Shown: positions 1 to 11,600 of the stretch, piece by piece
Position numbering within the stretch: position 1 is the stretch's first letter
How the letters are laid out: every line of letters starts with the position of its first letter
Assembly (NCBI GenBank): GCA_010909165.1
Contig: MU008198.1
Span: 402,216 to 466,215 of the forward strand
Reading direction: 5' to 3'
Origin: Anthoceros angustus
Lineage: Eukaryota > Plantae > Anthocerotophyta
Length of the DNA stretch: 64,000 bases
Position numbers and translations under genes: made by a program
The notes under the pieces: model-generated
Seen by the model: only the letters and a program-made list of their open reading frames with translations
The model's database searches: none
What the model was told of the DNA's origin: nothing

Positions 1-799
1 CCGGCTTTCTGGCTTTTGATGTCGATTCTGCTTTTATCTTTTGTGAACATAATTTTGAGAGCTAAGTCTCGGAGAACATTTTTGTCATACTGTTCCACAG
101 CTTCGCGTCTGTTGAACAGCTGTATGCTCAGGAAAGCCACCCTGAAGCAATGCGCTATGTAGCTGGCGGGTGCAGATTGGACCATTATTGTTTTGTGCTG
201 TGCATTGCTGACGTCGATCTGCTGCTGGACCTCGGATACCTGTGTTCTTGGTGGAGGCACGTCACGCTTTGTGACAGGGATTGTGAAACATTGATTCATA
301 GAATGACTGCGGTCGGCGGAAATCGAGAATCGCGATTCGCTTGACACTGGTGCTCAGAGCGTGCTGAGAGTGCTAGCCTGACTAATCACACTTCTGTCTT
401 CACCTGTATCGCAACTGAGTAACTTGCGATCAGAGTCGATCACGACTCCGCGTCCGTTCACACAGGGACATGCTTTGAAAATATCACCGCTCACATGCTA
501 AAATGCAAACTCGCTCTCTGCCATGTTCCGTACATACAGTTTTTGCTAGATGGGGGAAACGGAGCCTTACGGAAATCATTTGGCGTTCTAAACATGAAAA
601 CGTTCCATGCTATACGACTGGAGAAACGTTAAGATGGTGGCTATGGCTACCAGCAACGGTCCGATTTCGGATATTGAGTTCAAAGAAGCATTTCTGGCTG
701 CCGAGTTTCCGTTTCCAGATGGCCGGTAACTAAACGAGTATGTAAACTCGTTTACTTACCGAATTCATCACTAGCTTGATGTCTATTTGCGCTTCCTAA

Positions 800-1075
800 G
801 GAGAACTGCCCTGTAAACAATATTCATGGGAATGCTCTTTCTGGTGGGGGCTCAGAGGCTGTGCCAGGACTCATGGATCTTCTGAACGAGCTCTTGGAGA
901 CGGGCAAACATGTACGGGAATGGTGGCAGGAGCAGCCTGTCCACAATATTCATGGGAATGCTCTTTCTGGTGGGTGCTCACAGATTGTGCCAAGACTTGC
1001 AAATCATCTGACCGAGCTCTTCGAGAGGTGAATACAAGTACGGGAAATATGGTGGCAGGAGCAGCCTGCTGCAGT
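800..1075 (+). repeat. Local ~125-bp direct duplication upstream of the unknown ORF
   Basis: aatattcatgggaatgctctttctggtggg and ctctgaacgagctctt...atggtggcaggagcagcctg each occur twice about 125 bp apart. Confidence 0.75.
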
Positions 1076-1165
1076 TGTATGCACTGCGTGCCGAGCTGCG
1101 GCCTGAAGTCTTGAAGCAGGGGTATTGTACTATTGTGGGGCGAAGGTGAATTCGTAGTATCTATC

Positions 1166-2083
1166 ATGCATTCGTGGAACAAGCAGTTGCACCTCACGTG
1201 GGAGGCTGCCCGTAAAGCTTTCCCTGCTCAGCAATCCGCTGACCGGTCAAAGACGTGTGACCGATTATCCTCTGCAAGCTCTACGAGCGGGGCTGCTTTG
1301 AAGCACAAGTTCGATGTCCTCTTGGAGGAATTCTATCAGAAAGCGCAGAGTGAATCAACAAATGGCCCAGACGTGTTAACAGAGCTGCAGGCGTCGGACA
1401 CTGTACAATCTACCGGATGCATTTATACTGCTACATCAGTCCAGTTACCTGCGACAGGATTGAGCATGGTCCCCTCAGAAAAGGCACTAGGGCATGATCC
1501 TAGCCCTAGGCCTGGAAATTATGGTCATGCTAAAGTGCTGGTGCTAGCGTTTTCAGATCAGCCATTGCCTATGCAACGCGCGGACCATAGGGGTCATGGC
1601 CAACTGGCACCGGTTGTAATTGGGCCATTGCCTGGAATGCCCTCTCTGGACAACCTTACACTGGCAGTGGCCTGGAACAAATGGCAGATGTGGGAGCTCG
1701 AGGCCACAGACCTCGACCAGACGCAGCTACCTTTTGTTACTACATGGACTCCGTTTGAAGATGCATATGATGACGTGGATCCGGAGCAGCAACTTGGTTT
1801 TCCAGGTCATTCTACAGATGATGAGCCGATCAGGGTTTCAACGCCGGGATCCAGTAGCCGTGGTGGTTCGTGGTCTGTTATTCATAGCGCGTTTAGTGAT
1901 TCATTGTCTGGTATTGCAAATGGCGAGTGTAGTGATTCATGGTCTCTAGTTGATAACGAGTTTTGTGATTCAAGGGCTTCAGTTGATAGCGAGTTTTCCG
2001 ATTCCTGGTCTCTAGTTGATAGCGAGTTTTGTGATTCATGGTCTGCGAATGATGGCGAGTTTTGTGATTCATGGTCTATTTGA
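1166..2083 (+). CDS. Intronless ORF of unknown function (member of a local repeated family) with C-terminal DSWSLVDSEFC repeats
   Basis: ORF track 1133..2083; first ATG at 1166. Degenerate paralogous copies lie at ~3345 and ~4880. No recognisable domain; it may itself be a pseudogene or TE cargo. Confidence 0.35.
   Translation: MHSWNKQLHLTWEAARKAFPAQQSADRSKTCDRLSSASSTSGAALKHKFDVLLEEFYQKAQSESTNGPDVLTELQASDTVQSTGCIYTATSVQLPATGLSMVPSEKALGHDPSPRPGNYGHAKVLVLAFSDQPLPMQRADHRGHGQLAPVVIGPLPGMPSLDNLTLAVAWNKWQMWELEATDLDQTQLPFVTTWTPFEDAYDDVDPEQQLGFPGHSTDDEPIRVSTPGSSSRGGSWSVIHSAFSDSLSGIANGECSDSWSLVDNEFCDSRASVDSEFSDSWSLVDSEFCDSWSANDGEFCDSWSI
1905..2080 (+). repeat. 33-bp coding tandem repeat (~5 copies, 11-aa DSWSLVDSEFC unit)
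   Basis: Visible in the translation ECSDSWSLVDNEFCDSRASVDSEFSDSWSLVDSEFCDSWSANDGEFCDSWSI. Confidence 0.85.
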
Positions 2084-2519
2084 TATTGGATCGTGACCAC
2101 CTTTGGATTGTTGGTAAGACTAGTGATGGGCCGGGTGGGGACACATCTTAGATTCTTTTATAACATACAAGACCAATAGTCCAGCGGTTTGTTTGTACTA
2201 CTTTGTAGTGAACCCTTTGGTTAGTAGTGGTCAATCCATTTTTCAAGCGAACTCTTATTTCTGTAGTGGACCTTTTTTATGTAGTGAACTCATGGCCCAT
2301 GAACTTTGCAATTCTAGATCTGAAAGATCTCATATACTCACAATTCTTCCTATATAACTATAAATATATGCAAGCAATGAAGTATCATGAAAAACCTCAT
2401 CAAAGACTCTAAAAAATAGTTACAATTACTAATAAAAATCTAAATATATTATTGGCCCGAATGCAAAAGTCGTGTGTTTGTTGCCCTCAATCGCCGACTT
2501 CAATGTATGCAGAAATGAC

Positions 2520-2850
2520 AATGATCTTGACATCCTTAAAGAACTTTGTAATAGATTCTAATGAGAGAACATAGCAAATCATTTCATATGTGAACTTTTC
2601 CTTCCATAAGATTGATTTTCTTTAAAATTCTTCTTGAACTTGACATCTTGAAGAACTTTGCAATATTTTTTCAAGAGAGAACGTAGCAGACTATTCCATA
2701 TGTATATCTTTTCTTTCATAAGCAACTAAATCTTCTTTAAAATTCTTCTTGATCTTGACATCCTTGAAGAAATCTTTGCAATAGTTTCTCATGAGAGAAC
2801 AAAGCAAATCATTTCATGTGTATATCTTTTAGCTTCCTTCACCTATATCT
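2520..2850. repeat. Degenerate AT-rich tandem repeat, ~114-bp unit x3
   Basis: cttgacatc(c)tt(a/g)aagaa...gagagaac..agca(a)a..att(t/c)cat(a/g)tg at ~2525, ~2639 and ~2753. Confidence 0.8.
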
Positions 2851-3344
2851 TCTTCAAAAGTCTTCTTTCGTGTTATTAGGTTCAGATCAATTGCCAAGCT
2901 ATTCACATCATGTGCTTAATTTTCGATCGCTATTCTAGAAATCTATTCGATTCGTATTGGTCATCAACGCGAGATGTTATCAATAAAATTAAAACTTGAA
3001 TGTTCCTTGCATTCTAGGCTAACCAAGCTACCACGTTCCTTAGTAAAGGTCATGTTCTTCGCATTCGAGGCTAACCAAGCTTCCACATCCCTAAGGACGT
3101 GTTATTAGGTAAAGGCACGATATCAAAAGCCCATTAAGCTGAATTTGGTGACAAGATGCTTGGTCTTGAAGTTCAGAGAATTGATAAAGCAAAGTGAATG
3201 GTTGTCTTGAAATTAAACTTCCTTTGACTTTGAACCACATATTAAATAATTTATTTAAATCCTTTGGCTTTGAATTATTTACTCCACCTAATAACTTCAT
3301 CTCTTCAGTATTATGTATCATCCCACCCTACCTACTACCTACTC

Positions 3345-4260
3345 TGAACGAGCTCTTCAAGAGATGAATACAAGGGCAGGAATGGTGGCAGAAGCGCTAG
3401 CTTGCAGTTGTATGCAGTTCGTGCCGATTTGCGGCCTGAAGTCTTAAAGCTGCGTATTGTGGCGCAAATGTGAATTGCGAAGTACTAACTATCATGGATT
3501 CGTGGAACAAGCAGCTACGCCTTACATGGGAGCCTATCCATGAAGCTTTCTCTACTTGGCAATCTGCTCATGACCAATCAAAATCATGTGACCTAGTATT
3601 ATCCTCTACAAGCTCTTCCAGCGGGGCTGCTTTGAAGCACAACTTCTATCAAAGAGCTCACAATGAATAAGCAAATGGCCCAGACATGTTGACAAAGCTA
3701 CATCCTTCGCACACACAATATTAATCTAGCAAATGCATTCACACTGCTAGATCAGTGTTGTTACCTACGACAAGAATATTGAGCATGATCCCCTCAGCAA
3801 GGGCACTGTGACATGGTCTAGCTAGCCTTATGATTGGAAATTATGGTCATGCTAAAGTGGTCGTGCTTGCATAAATTTGCAGATCGGCCATTGCTTATGG
3901 ACCACCAGGATCACGACCAAATGGCATTGGCTGTAATTGGACCATTACCTAGCCTAGAGTACCCTCTTTGGACAATTTTACACTAGTAGTAGCCTGGAAC
4001 ATATGGCAGATGTACTTGGGAGCTCCAAGCTGCAGACCTTGACCAAACACAACTACCTTTTGTTACTACATGCACTCCGTGTGACGATGATGACGTGGAT
4101 CCGGAGCAGTAACATTAACATGGTTTTCTAGGCTAGGATATACAGATTGATGAGCTCTGATTAATCAGTTGCAGAGTCTCAACGCTAAGATCAAGTAGCC
4201 ATGGTGGTTCATGGTCTGTTATTCATGACGCATTTAGTGATTCATCATCTATTATTGATG
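3345..4260 (+). pseudogene. Degenerate paralog of the 1166..2083 ORF
   Basis: Colinear similarity (DSWNKQLRLTWE vs HSWNKQLHLTWE; ttatggtcatgctaaagtg; ctaccttttgttactacatg) with stops and frameshifts. Confidence 0.7.
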
Positions 4261-4879
4261 GGAACAATTCAAGGATGATTCATGAAACCCTATTATAGGG
4301 TTTCATGAATTAGAGACCATATTAGATCATTCATAATTATGTAAACCCAATTCCTTCTATCGGCTAAATCACCTTTAAAAGTCTTCTTTCGTGTTATTTA
4401 GCTGGTTTAGATCAATTGCCACGCTATTCACATCAAGTGTTTTATTTTCCATCATTCTCATTAGGTGTTTTATTTTGATCGCTATTCTAGAAATCTATTC
4501 GATTCGTATTGGTCATCAACGAGATGTTATCAATAAAATTAAAACTTGAATGTTCCTTGCATTCTAGGCTAACCAAGCTACCACGTTCCTTAGTAAAGGT
4601 CATGTTCTTCGCATTCGAGGCTAACCAAGCTTCCACATCCCTAAGGACGTGTTATTAGGTAAAGGCACGATATCAAAAGCCCATTAAGCTGAATTTGGTG
4701 ACAAGATGCTTGGTCTTGAAGTTCGAGAATTGATAAAGCAAAGTGAATGGTTGTCTTGAAATTAAACTTCCTTTGACTTTGAACCACATATTAAATAATT
4801 TATTTAAATCCTTTGGCTTTGAATTATTTACTCCACCTAATAACTTCATCTCTTGATTATGTATCATCCCACCTACTAC

Positions 4880-5780
4880 CTACTCGAGCAGGCTCTTCAA
4901 GAGATGAATACAAGGCGGGAATGGTGGCGAGCGCTAGCTTGCGGTTGTATCTCGATTCGTGCGATTTGCGGCCTGAAGTCTTAAAGCTGCGTATTGTGGC
5001 GCAAATGTGAATTGCGAAGTACTAACTATCATGGATTCGTGGAACAAGCAGCTACGCCTTACATGGGAGCCTATCCATGAAGCTTTCTCTACTTGGCAAT
5101 CTGCTCATGACCAATCAAAATCATGTGACCTAGTATTATCCTCTACAAGCTCTTCCTAGCGCTTTGAAGCACAACTTCTATCAAAGAGCTCACAATGAAT
5201 AAGCAAATGGCCCGGACATGTTGACAAAGCTACATCCTTCGACACACAATATTAATCTAGCAAATGCATTCCCACTGCTAGATCAGTGTTGTTACCTACG
5301 ACAAGAATATTGAGCATGATCCCTCGACGAAGACTGACATGGTCTAGCTAGCCTTATGATTGGAAATTATGGTCATGCTAAAGTGGTCGTGCTTGCATAA
5401 ATTTGCAGATCGGCCATTGCTTATGGACCACCAGGATCACGACCAAATGGCATTGGCTGTAATTGGACCATTACCTAGCCTAGAGTACCCTCTTTGGACA
5501 ATTTTACACTAGTAGTAGCCTGGAACATATGGCAGATGTACTTGGGAGCTCCAAGCTGCAGACCTTGACCAAACACAACTACCTTTTGTTACTACATGCA
5601 CTCGTGTGATGATGGCGTGGATCCGGGCGATAACATTAACATGGTTTTCTAGGCTAGGATATACAGATTGATGAGCTCTGATTAATCAGTTGCAGAGTCT
5701 CAACGCTAAGATCAAGTAGCCATGGTGGTTCATGTACATTATTCATGACGCATTTAGTGATTCATCATCTATTATTGATG
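4880..5780 (+). pseudogene. Second degenerate paralog (duplicate of 3345..4260)
   Basis: Same sequence as 3345..4260 within the tandem duplication, with additional small deletions. Confidence 0.65.
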
Positions 5781-5944
5781 GGAACAATTCAAGGATGATT
5801 CATGAAACCCTATTATAGGGTTTCATGAATTAGAGACCATATTAGATCATTCATAATTATGTAAACCCAATTCCTTCTATCGGCTAAATCACCTTTAAAA
5901 GTCTTCTTTCGTGTTATTTAGCTGGTTTAGATCAATTGCCACGC

Positions 5945-6135
5945 TATTCACATCAAGTGTTTTATTTTCCATCGCTGTTCTCATTAGGTGTTTTATTTTC
6001 GATCGCTATTCACATTAGGTGTTTTATTTTCGATCGCTGTTCATTTTAGGTTGTTTGTTTTTTATTGATGTTCACGTTAGATGTTTTATTTTCGATCACT
6101 GTTCACATTAGGTGTTTTGTTTTCGATCGCTATTC
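5945..6135. repeat. ~31-bp tandem repeat, ~6 degenerate copies
   Basis: The unit attaggtgttttattttcgatcgct(a/g)ttcac recurs. Confidence 0.8.
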
Positions 6136-6258
6136 TGAAGATCTATTCTACATGTAGTGGTCATATGCCTAGTATTCTAGGCTAACCACGTTTCTATGAC
6201 CAAGAGGCCCAAAGAGCATTCCGCCGTACCCTAAGGCTCTTAAGACCATTGCATTGCC

Positions 6259-6470
6259 TACATGCCATATCAAATCAAGACCAAGAGTCAAAAGAATTAC
6301 TAGCCACATTATAAAGAAATCTATACGCATAGATGCCATATCAAATCAACATCAAGAGTCAGAAGAATTACTAGCCACATTGCAAAGAATCTATACGCAT
6401 ACATGCCATATCAAATCAAGATACGAGTCACAAGAACTACTAGCTGCATTACAAAGAAATCTACACGCAC
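6259..6470. repeat. ~70-bp tandem repeat x3
   Basis: atgccatatcaaatcaa..caagagtca.aagaa.tactagc at ~6261, ~6332 and ~6401. Confidence 0.85.
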
Positions 6471-6911
6471 TGTCTAAACATGCTGCGCAACCAGGATTGA
6501 ATAAGACTAGCATGAAAGTTGAAAAAAGATTTAGTCTAAGTGCTCAAATGTTTAGATAACTTTAGGGGCACCTTTAATACTAGTGGTGTTAGTTTAGCCT
6601 AGACACTCCATGGAGCTATACACGTCGTTGCTTACGAAAAAGTGTACAATGGCATGTTTGTCGTTGATTAGTGGGCAGCACCAGGATCATGATCTGGTGC
6701 GTCTAAAGACTCTAAGACGCAAGACGTTCTCAGTTTGAATGACCACATAGCCATTACTGCTCAGAAACTGTGGACAAGAGGATGGGGTTCAAACAACTCA
6801 TGGAATCCGACCCATCTGAGAAATTGTGTGCAAAGGATGATGTACAAAGAGAGCACTGTACAAGGAGATGTGCAGCAGAAGAGAAACAGGTTTGCTTCTT
6901 TGCTAAAACCG

Positions 6912-8171
6912 CTACTCTTCTTTGGGGTACACAGGCAAGTCGTCCTCAAACCACGTGCGGAGACCGTTGTCAAGATGAAGGACGTTGGTGTATCCGTCCA
7001 GCGTCAGCAGATAAGCAGCTATCAATGACCTACACACAGAAAGGTACAGTGTGTCCCATATGTAAGCAGTGCAGAAACAGTGACCCATCCTAAGACGCGC
7101 CCTCTAGCTTGCCTTACCTGGACTGGACTCCATCTGTTAGATTTGGACTCGGCTTCAATGTACCGCCAGATGCACAAACAACAATGATCTTGGCATCCTT
7201 GCCCAACTTGGCGTTCACTTCTGCCAATCAAAACCACACCAGGGAATGAGAAGGAATCGGAAATACCTTGATTCCTTGCCCTCTGCCAGAGCTGGAGTGG
7301 CTTTTGTGGTTCCACCCATGTCGCAGGCTACAATGAGCGGCGACTCCTTGGAGAACTTTGAATTAGTTTCTGATGAGAGAACATGGCAGATCATTTCATA
7401 TGCCTTTCCTTCCATCAGCCCCGCCCGGCCCTTGGGCATATATGTTATGTATGGCAACCTTGGGATGGCTAGAGATGGCATACCTTTGACGAAGTCTGGA
7501 TTTTCCTCTGTCCCTTCAAAGATTCCGAAGAAGGCAAACGCAGCACGGCGGGCGATGTCCCAAGCAGTCCACTCCTTGATCAGCCGGTACACTTGCACAT
7601 TCACTGCACCCTCGGGATGGGACTGAGCAAATGCCCCTTCCGGCCTCACATCAAGGATGGTGTACCCTTGCTCCTGCGTCAGTCTGAATGCTTCCTTGGC
7701 TCGCACAGACCGCACCTGGGCAGGATCCGGAGACGTAAAAACCGCTGCTCTCCAACGCAGAGGCGCAAAATTTGTAACCACAATGCAGCCACAAACAAAC
7801 CTTGTTCTTCAGCAGAGCTTCCCGCTTCGTTCGCCACTCTGTCTCGGCTGCAGAAAATGCACACCAAACCATGTCAGGAAAACAACAAGCTCGCTGAAAT
7901 TCGGTGCCACCCACAAATATCGTCCTTGCCGGAGCTCACCAGGGGACTTGGCAGGGCCTGCCGCAATGGCAGCCACATGGAGAGGTCGCCAAGGGGCCCG
8001 CACTCTGCTGTCCCTCCTGCTGGAGAGCTGCCTTGAGGAAAAGCCCCTGGACGCGGGGGGCAACAGAGAGGAGGAAGCTGCAGCGGCAGGGGAAGCAGTC
8101 AGAGCTGACTGGGAGCTGGGCACAGCTGCGGCGGCCTGGAGGGCAGAAGAATGCACAAGCGAGAATGCCAT
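6912..8171 (-). CDS. STR14: Chloroplast rhodanese-like domain protein, STR14 type. Exons 8171-7940, 7847-7801, 7715-7484, [7369-7267 OR 7220-7118], 7029-6912
   Basis: Transit peptide MAFSLVHSSALQ..., then EWRTKREALLKNKVRSV..ILDVRPE..HPEGAVNV..YRLIKEWTAWDIARRAAFAFFGIFEGTEENPDF and RSLIAAYLLTLDGYTNVLHLDNGL, matching plant STR14 as recalled. All introns are GT-AG with consistent phases. Confidence 0.92.
7118..7220 (-). other. STR14 alternative exon B (103 nt; EVNAKLGKDAKIIVVCASGGTLKPSPNLTDGVQSR)
   Basis: cag acceptor at 7223-7221 and gtaagg donor at 7117; same phases and length as exon A. Confidence 0.85.
7267..7369 (-). other. STR14 alternative exon A (103 nt; ETNSKFSKESPLIVACDMGGTTKATPALAEGKESR)
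   Basis: cag acceptor at 7372-7370 and gtattt donor at 7266; enters phase 1, exits phase 2. Confidence 0.8.
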
Positions 8172-8621
8172 CTCCTCGTCCCTTCAAGCTGGGACTTGGA
8201 CTGGAGAAAGAGAGGCAGGACCAGGCTGTTTAGGTGCTCTTCCCTTGATGCCGGGACTTGGACTGGAGAACCAGAGAGAGACCCAGCTCTATTTGTGCTG
8301 TACAATGTGGATGAGCAGGAGATCTTTAGTGCTCCATCTGCCTCTAAGATTGAGGCCGTGAAATTTCGTGATTGGCTCCCACCAACTGTCCACATACATT
8401 CGCTCGGAGCCAGGTGAAAGAATCTTGCAGGCTTTCACACCGAGAGTAAGAGAGTAACAACAGATTCTCCAAGACTCAGACTCACCTGGACGCAAGTGGT
8501 GGATAATAACTCAGATTCATGGCTTGTCTAATATACATGTCAGGATTATACAGGACGCCTGCTTGATGTCTTCCGTTGGAACGGAAGTCGAGAAACAGGG
8601 TCAATAAGTCAGGTGGTTAGA

Positions 8622-11600
8622 CTAGTCAGAGTTCGACATATCAGGGCCCTCTCCATCGTTGTCCCGGAGATGCATCATCGCTTCACTTTCACCTGCATCG
8701 CTGTCGTCGTCTTCGTCGTCGTCTGGTTTGGAGGTTGCTTTGTCCTGCGGGTCCTCACCAAGTTCTGTGTCTTCCTGTATGCGAGTTGATGAAGGTAAGG
8801 GGGCTCCCACACGATTGCTTACCATGGGGGTCGTGGCCACTGGAGTTACAATGGGGATGCAGTCTGGGGCCGGCAGTGTCACAAAAGCTTCTGGGTTGCT
8901 GATGAGGGTTGCGTCTTCCAGAATCTCCTCCTTCATGGAATTTCCATTGATACGAGAGCTGTCCAACAGGGCGAGCTTCGCAGCAACATGTCGCTTTTCC
9001 CGCTCTAGGCCTTCTCGGATTGCAACAAGGTCCTGGCGGTTGTGTTGTCGGAGTTGTTTCACCATCGCTCCAACCAGTGCCTGGACCCGGAAACACCACT
9101 GGTCTGAGAAAAGGAGCTACAGGACGTTAGGAGCTCAACGAAAATGCAAGTGAAACCCACCTCGGCATCCTTTGGGCCGTTGGACAGCACGACCTCTGCA
9201 GTTGCAAGCGTGGCTGCAGCTGTAAAAGCCACCGGAGACATGCCATCTGCAGTCAACATGGGAAAATGCTTCTGGAACTCCGGATCTACGTGGAAGGACT
9301 CCATTGCGGTGCCAGAATTGGGCCTGGGCTTGGACTGGAGCCACTTGTAAACATCCTCATAGAGCCTTCCCCAAAGAGGGATTAGCAGCTCGAAATCACC
9401 TGCCTGTCTTGTGGCAGCCAACCGCAGGCCCCACTCTTCATCTGACATTCCACCCGCGGAAGTTAGCAGGAGGCAGCGCCGATATTCTTCAACTCTACTA
9501 CTTAACTCCTGCACCCAACATGTGATCGTCGTCAACACGACGGCAATATGCCAGCTCCTCTTATAAGATAAGGGCACCCTCATCGATAAAGGGAAGTGCA
9601 AGGATAGAGCACTCACCAGGACTGTGGAACTCTGTTTCACACCCTTTTGCCAGTCAGGCCGTATCGACCTCCAAGATCGCTCCAGGCAGCTCCATGGTGT
9701 CATTCTTTCTAGTTTCAGCAGATCCTTCCTCATCATTCGGAGGATATCCTCAGACCCTTTGCCTTTAGAAGCATCCTGCAAGCTTTTGATCTCTCCTGCA
9801 TGTCCATTAGTCACACCCTCGGTTTCTTGGTTCTGTTGTACTGGCTGGTCCCCATCTGAAACCCTTGTAGGAGGTTTGCTATCAGGTAACGCTGGTGCTT
9901 GCTCTGACATAAGAGCACTTGACGTATCACCCATGAATGCACGTCTGCGAGAACCAGAAGTATAAACCTGGAAAGCAGGACAAAAACACTGAACGGCTCA
10001 GGAAATATCTTTCCTTATTCTCGTCATGAAATTCTCCAACAAGTTACACATTTACAGATTCGGAACGGATTGCTTTACCTTTCTGTAAGGATCTGGATCT
10101 GCAAGCAATGTTGATGTGTTGAAAGTAGTCCCTCTTGAATGCACAACACTTCTTTTTGATCTTGTGGTGAAGCTATCACCCCCTGAATCCTGCTCCCTGC
10201 CTCCATCTGGCGGCTCACCTCCTGTTACATCATAGCCAGGCTTTCATGCTGATAAATGCTCTAACTGTTGAGCAAATTACTCACAGGTCACAAGTGTTTA
10301 TCTTCAAAGAGATACTTGCCTGGTTGTGCTAATTTTTGGTCTCTGACCGCATCTCGTGCCTCATCTGCAATGTCGACTAGGAGTTTTGAATGCTCTGCTA
10401 AACTTTTTGAGCCTGTCACCTGCACACACGACTTTGACTAGCTTATTGTAATGCTACTAGCGTTCGCTGGAAATGAAATTCGAGCAAGCAATTCACTCAA
10501 GAGAGACGCACACAAAGGACATGCCTGATCTGCCGACACCTCCCGTGAGGAATTACTAGACATTCCACTTGGTGAACTGGTGGCTGCAGTTGTCTCCACA
10601 GTTCGAGAGACTGATTTGCGGGTACCCCTGTTCAGTTTCTTTTGGTAGTCTGTCCTCAAACCTTTAGAGGGCACAAGAGGAGCAGAAGAACCAGCCCGAG
10701 TCTCCCGAACTGTAACAGGGCTACTTTCTGGAGATTCCTTAAAGAAGGATCTGGGTGCAGGTGAAAATGCTCCAGGTGGAGACAGACCTCCTGTTTCTGA
10801 GTCGGGAGAAACATGAGTATCTGCAGGACGAAAGCCAACAATATCAGGACACAATCATAACTACATGCTCTACTCATCAATACGTAGGCCACTCCCCCCC
10901 ACAAGCCCATGGGACATCTGAGCCTACCTCCCAACTTTTGTAAAGATCGATATTGTAATCGAACACTTTCGCCACTATCCACTGTTTGAACCATATACCT
11001 GCCAGAGGTGCAAACCATCAGCCCTGGCAGGAGTTTCTTATGAAGCTCGTGGATATAAAGCTCCTCACCAGCCATTTAAACATTGTGTTGTGATTACGGC
11101 CTCCCGCCCAACAAATCGCTCCGGCGTTCTTTTGTTCCCCTAAATACCAGAAGCGAAAAGTACAATTGAAATATGCCCAAGATTTTCAAACAAGCTGCCA
11201 ACAACCAAGGGTGATGAAAGCAGAGGCCAAACCAATCAACAGTACCTTGATAAGAACTCGGTCACTGACGACGAAGGGGAACTGAACTCCCCTTGGCCTT
11301 GAACCATCAAGAGAATAACTGTCCACAGGAGTAGACGGCTGTTCCTGAAGATATAGACGTTAATTGCAGGCAACTATGTCAGAAGGAAAGATAAATTCTG
11401 ACAGATTTGCTGCCTCAACAACAAATGAACAACCACAAGAGCAAGTAGTAGAACATGTGCTTGACAAAACGTAACAACTTTGCTTAACAAGCCCCTGGAT
11501 GTATGGTAACAAACAATAATCAGTGGCTGATACCTGAGAACGATTATGCCTCTTAGACTCAGGTCCCTCTAAAGGCTCTAGTTGCTCACGCCTCCTCTTT

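Larger units (their letters stand above)
2921..6000. repeat. Near-identical ~1.55-kb tandem duplication (about 2921-4473 and 4474-6000)
   Basis: Long stretches match base for base. Copy 2 carries many 1-4-bp deletions. The breakpoints fall in the ttaggtgttttattttcgatcgcta micro-repeat. Confidence 0.9.

Noticed and set aside
7215-7781. 188-aa ORF read as a single-exon rhodanese
   Set aside because: It reads through two introns (GMPSLAIPRL... is intronic); the spliced model explains it better.
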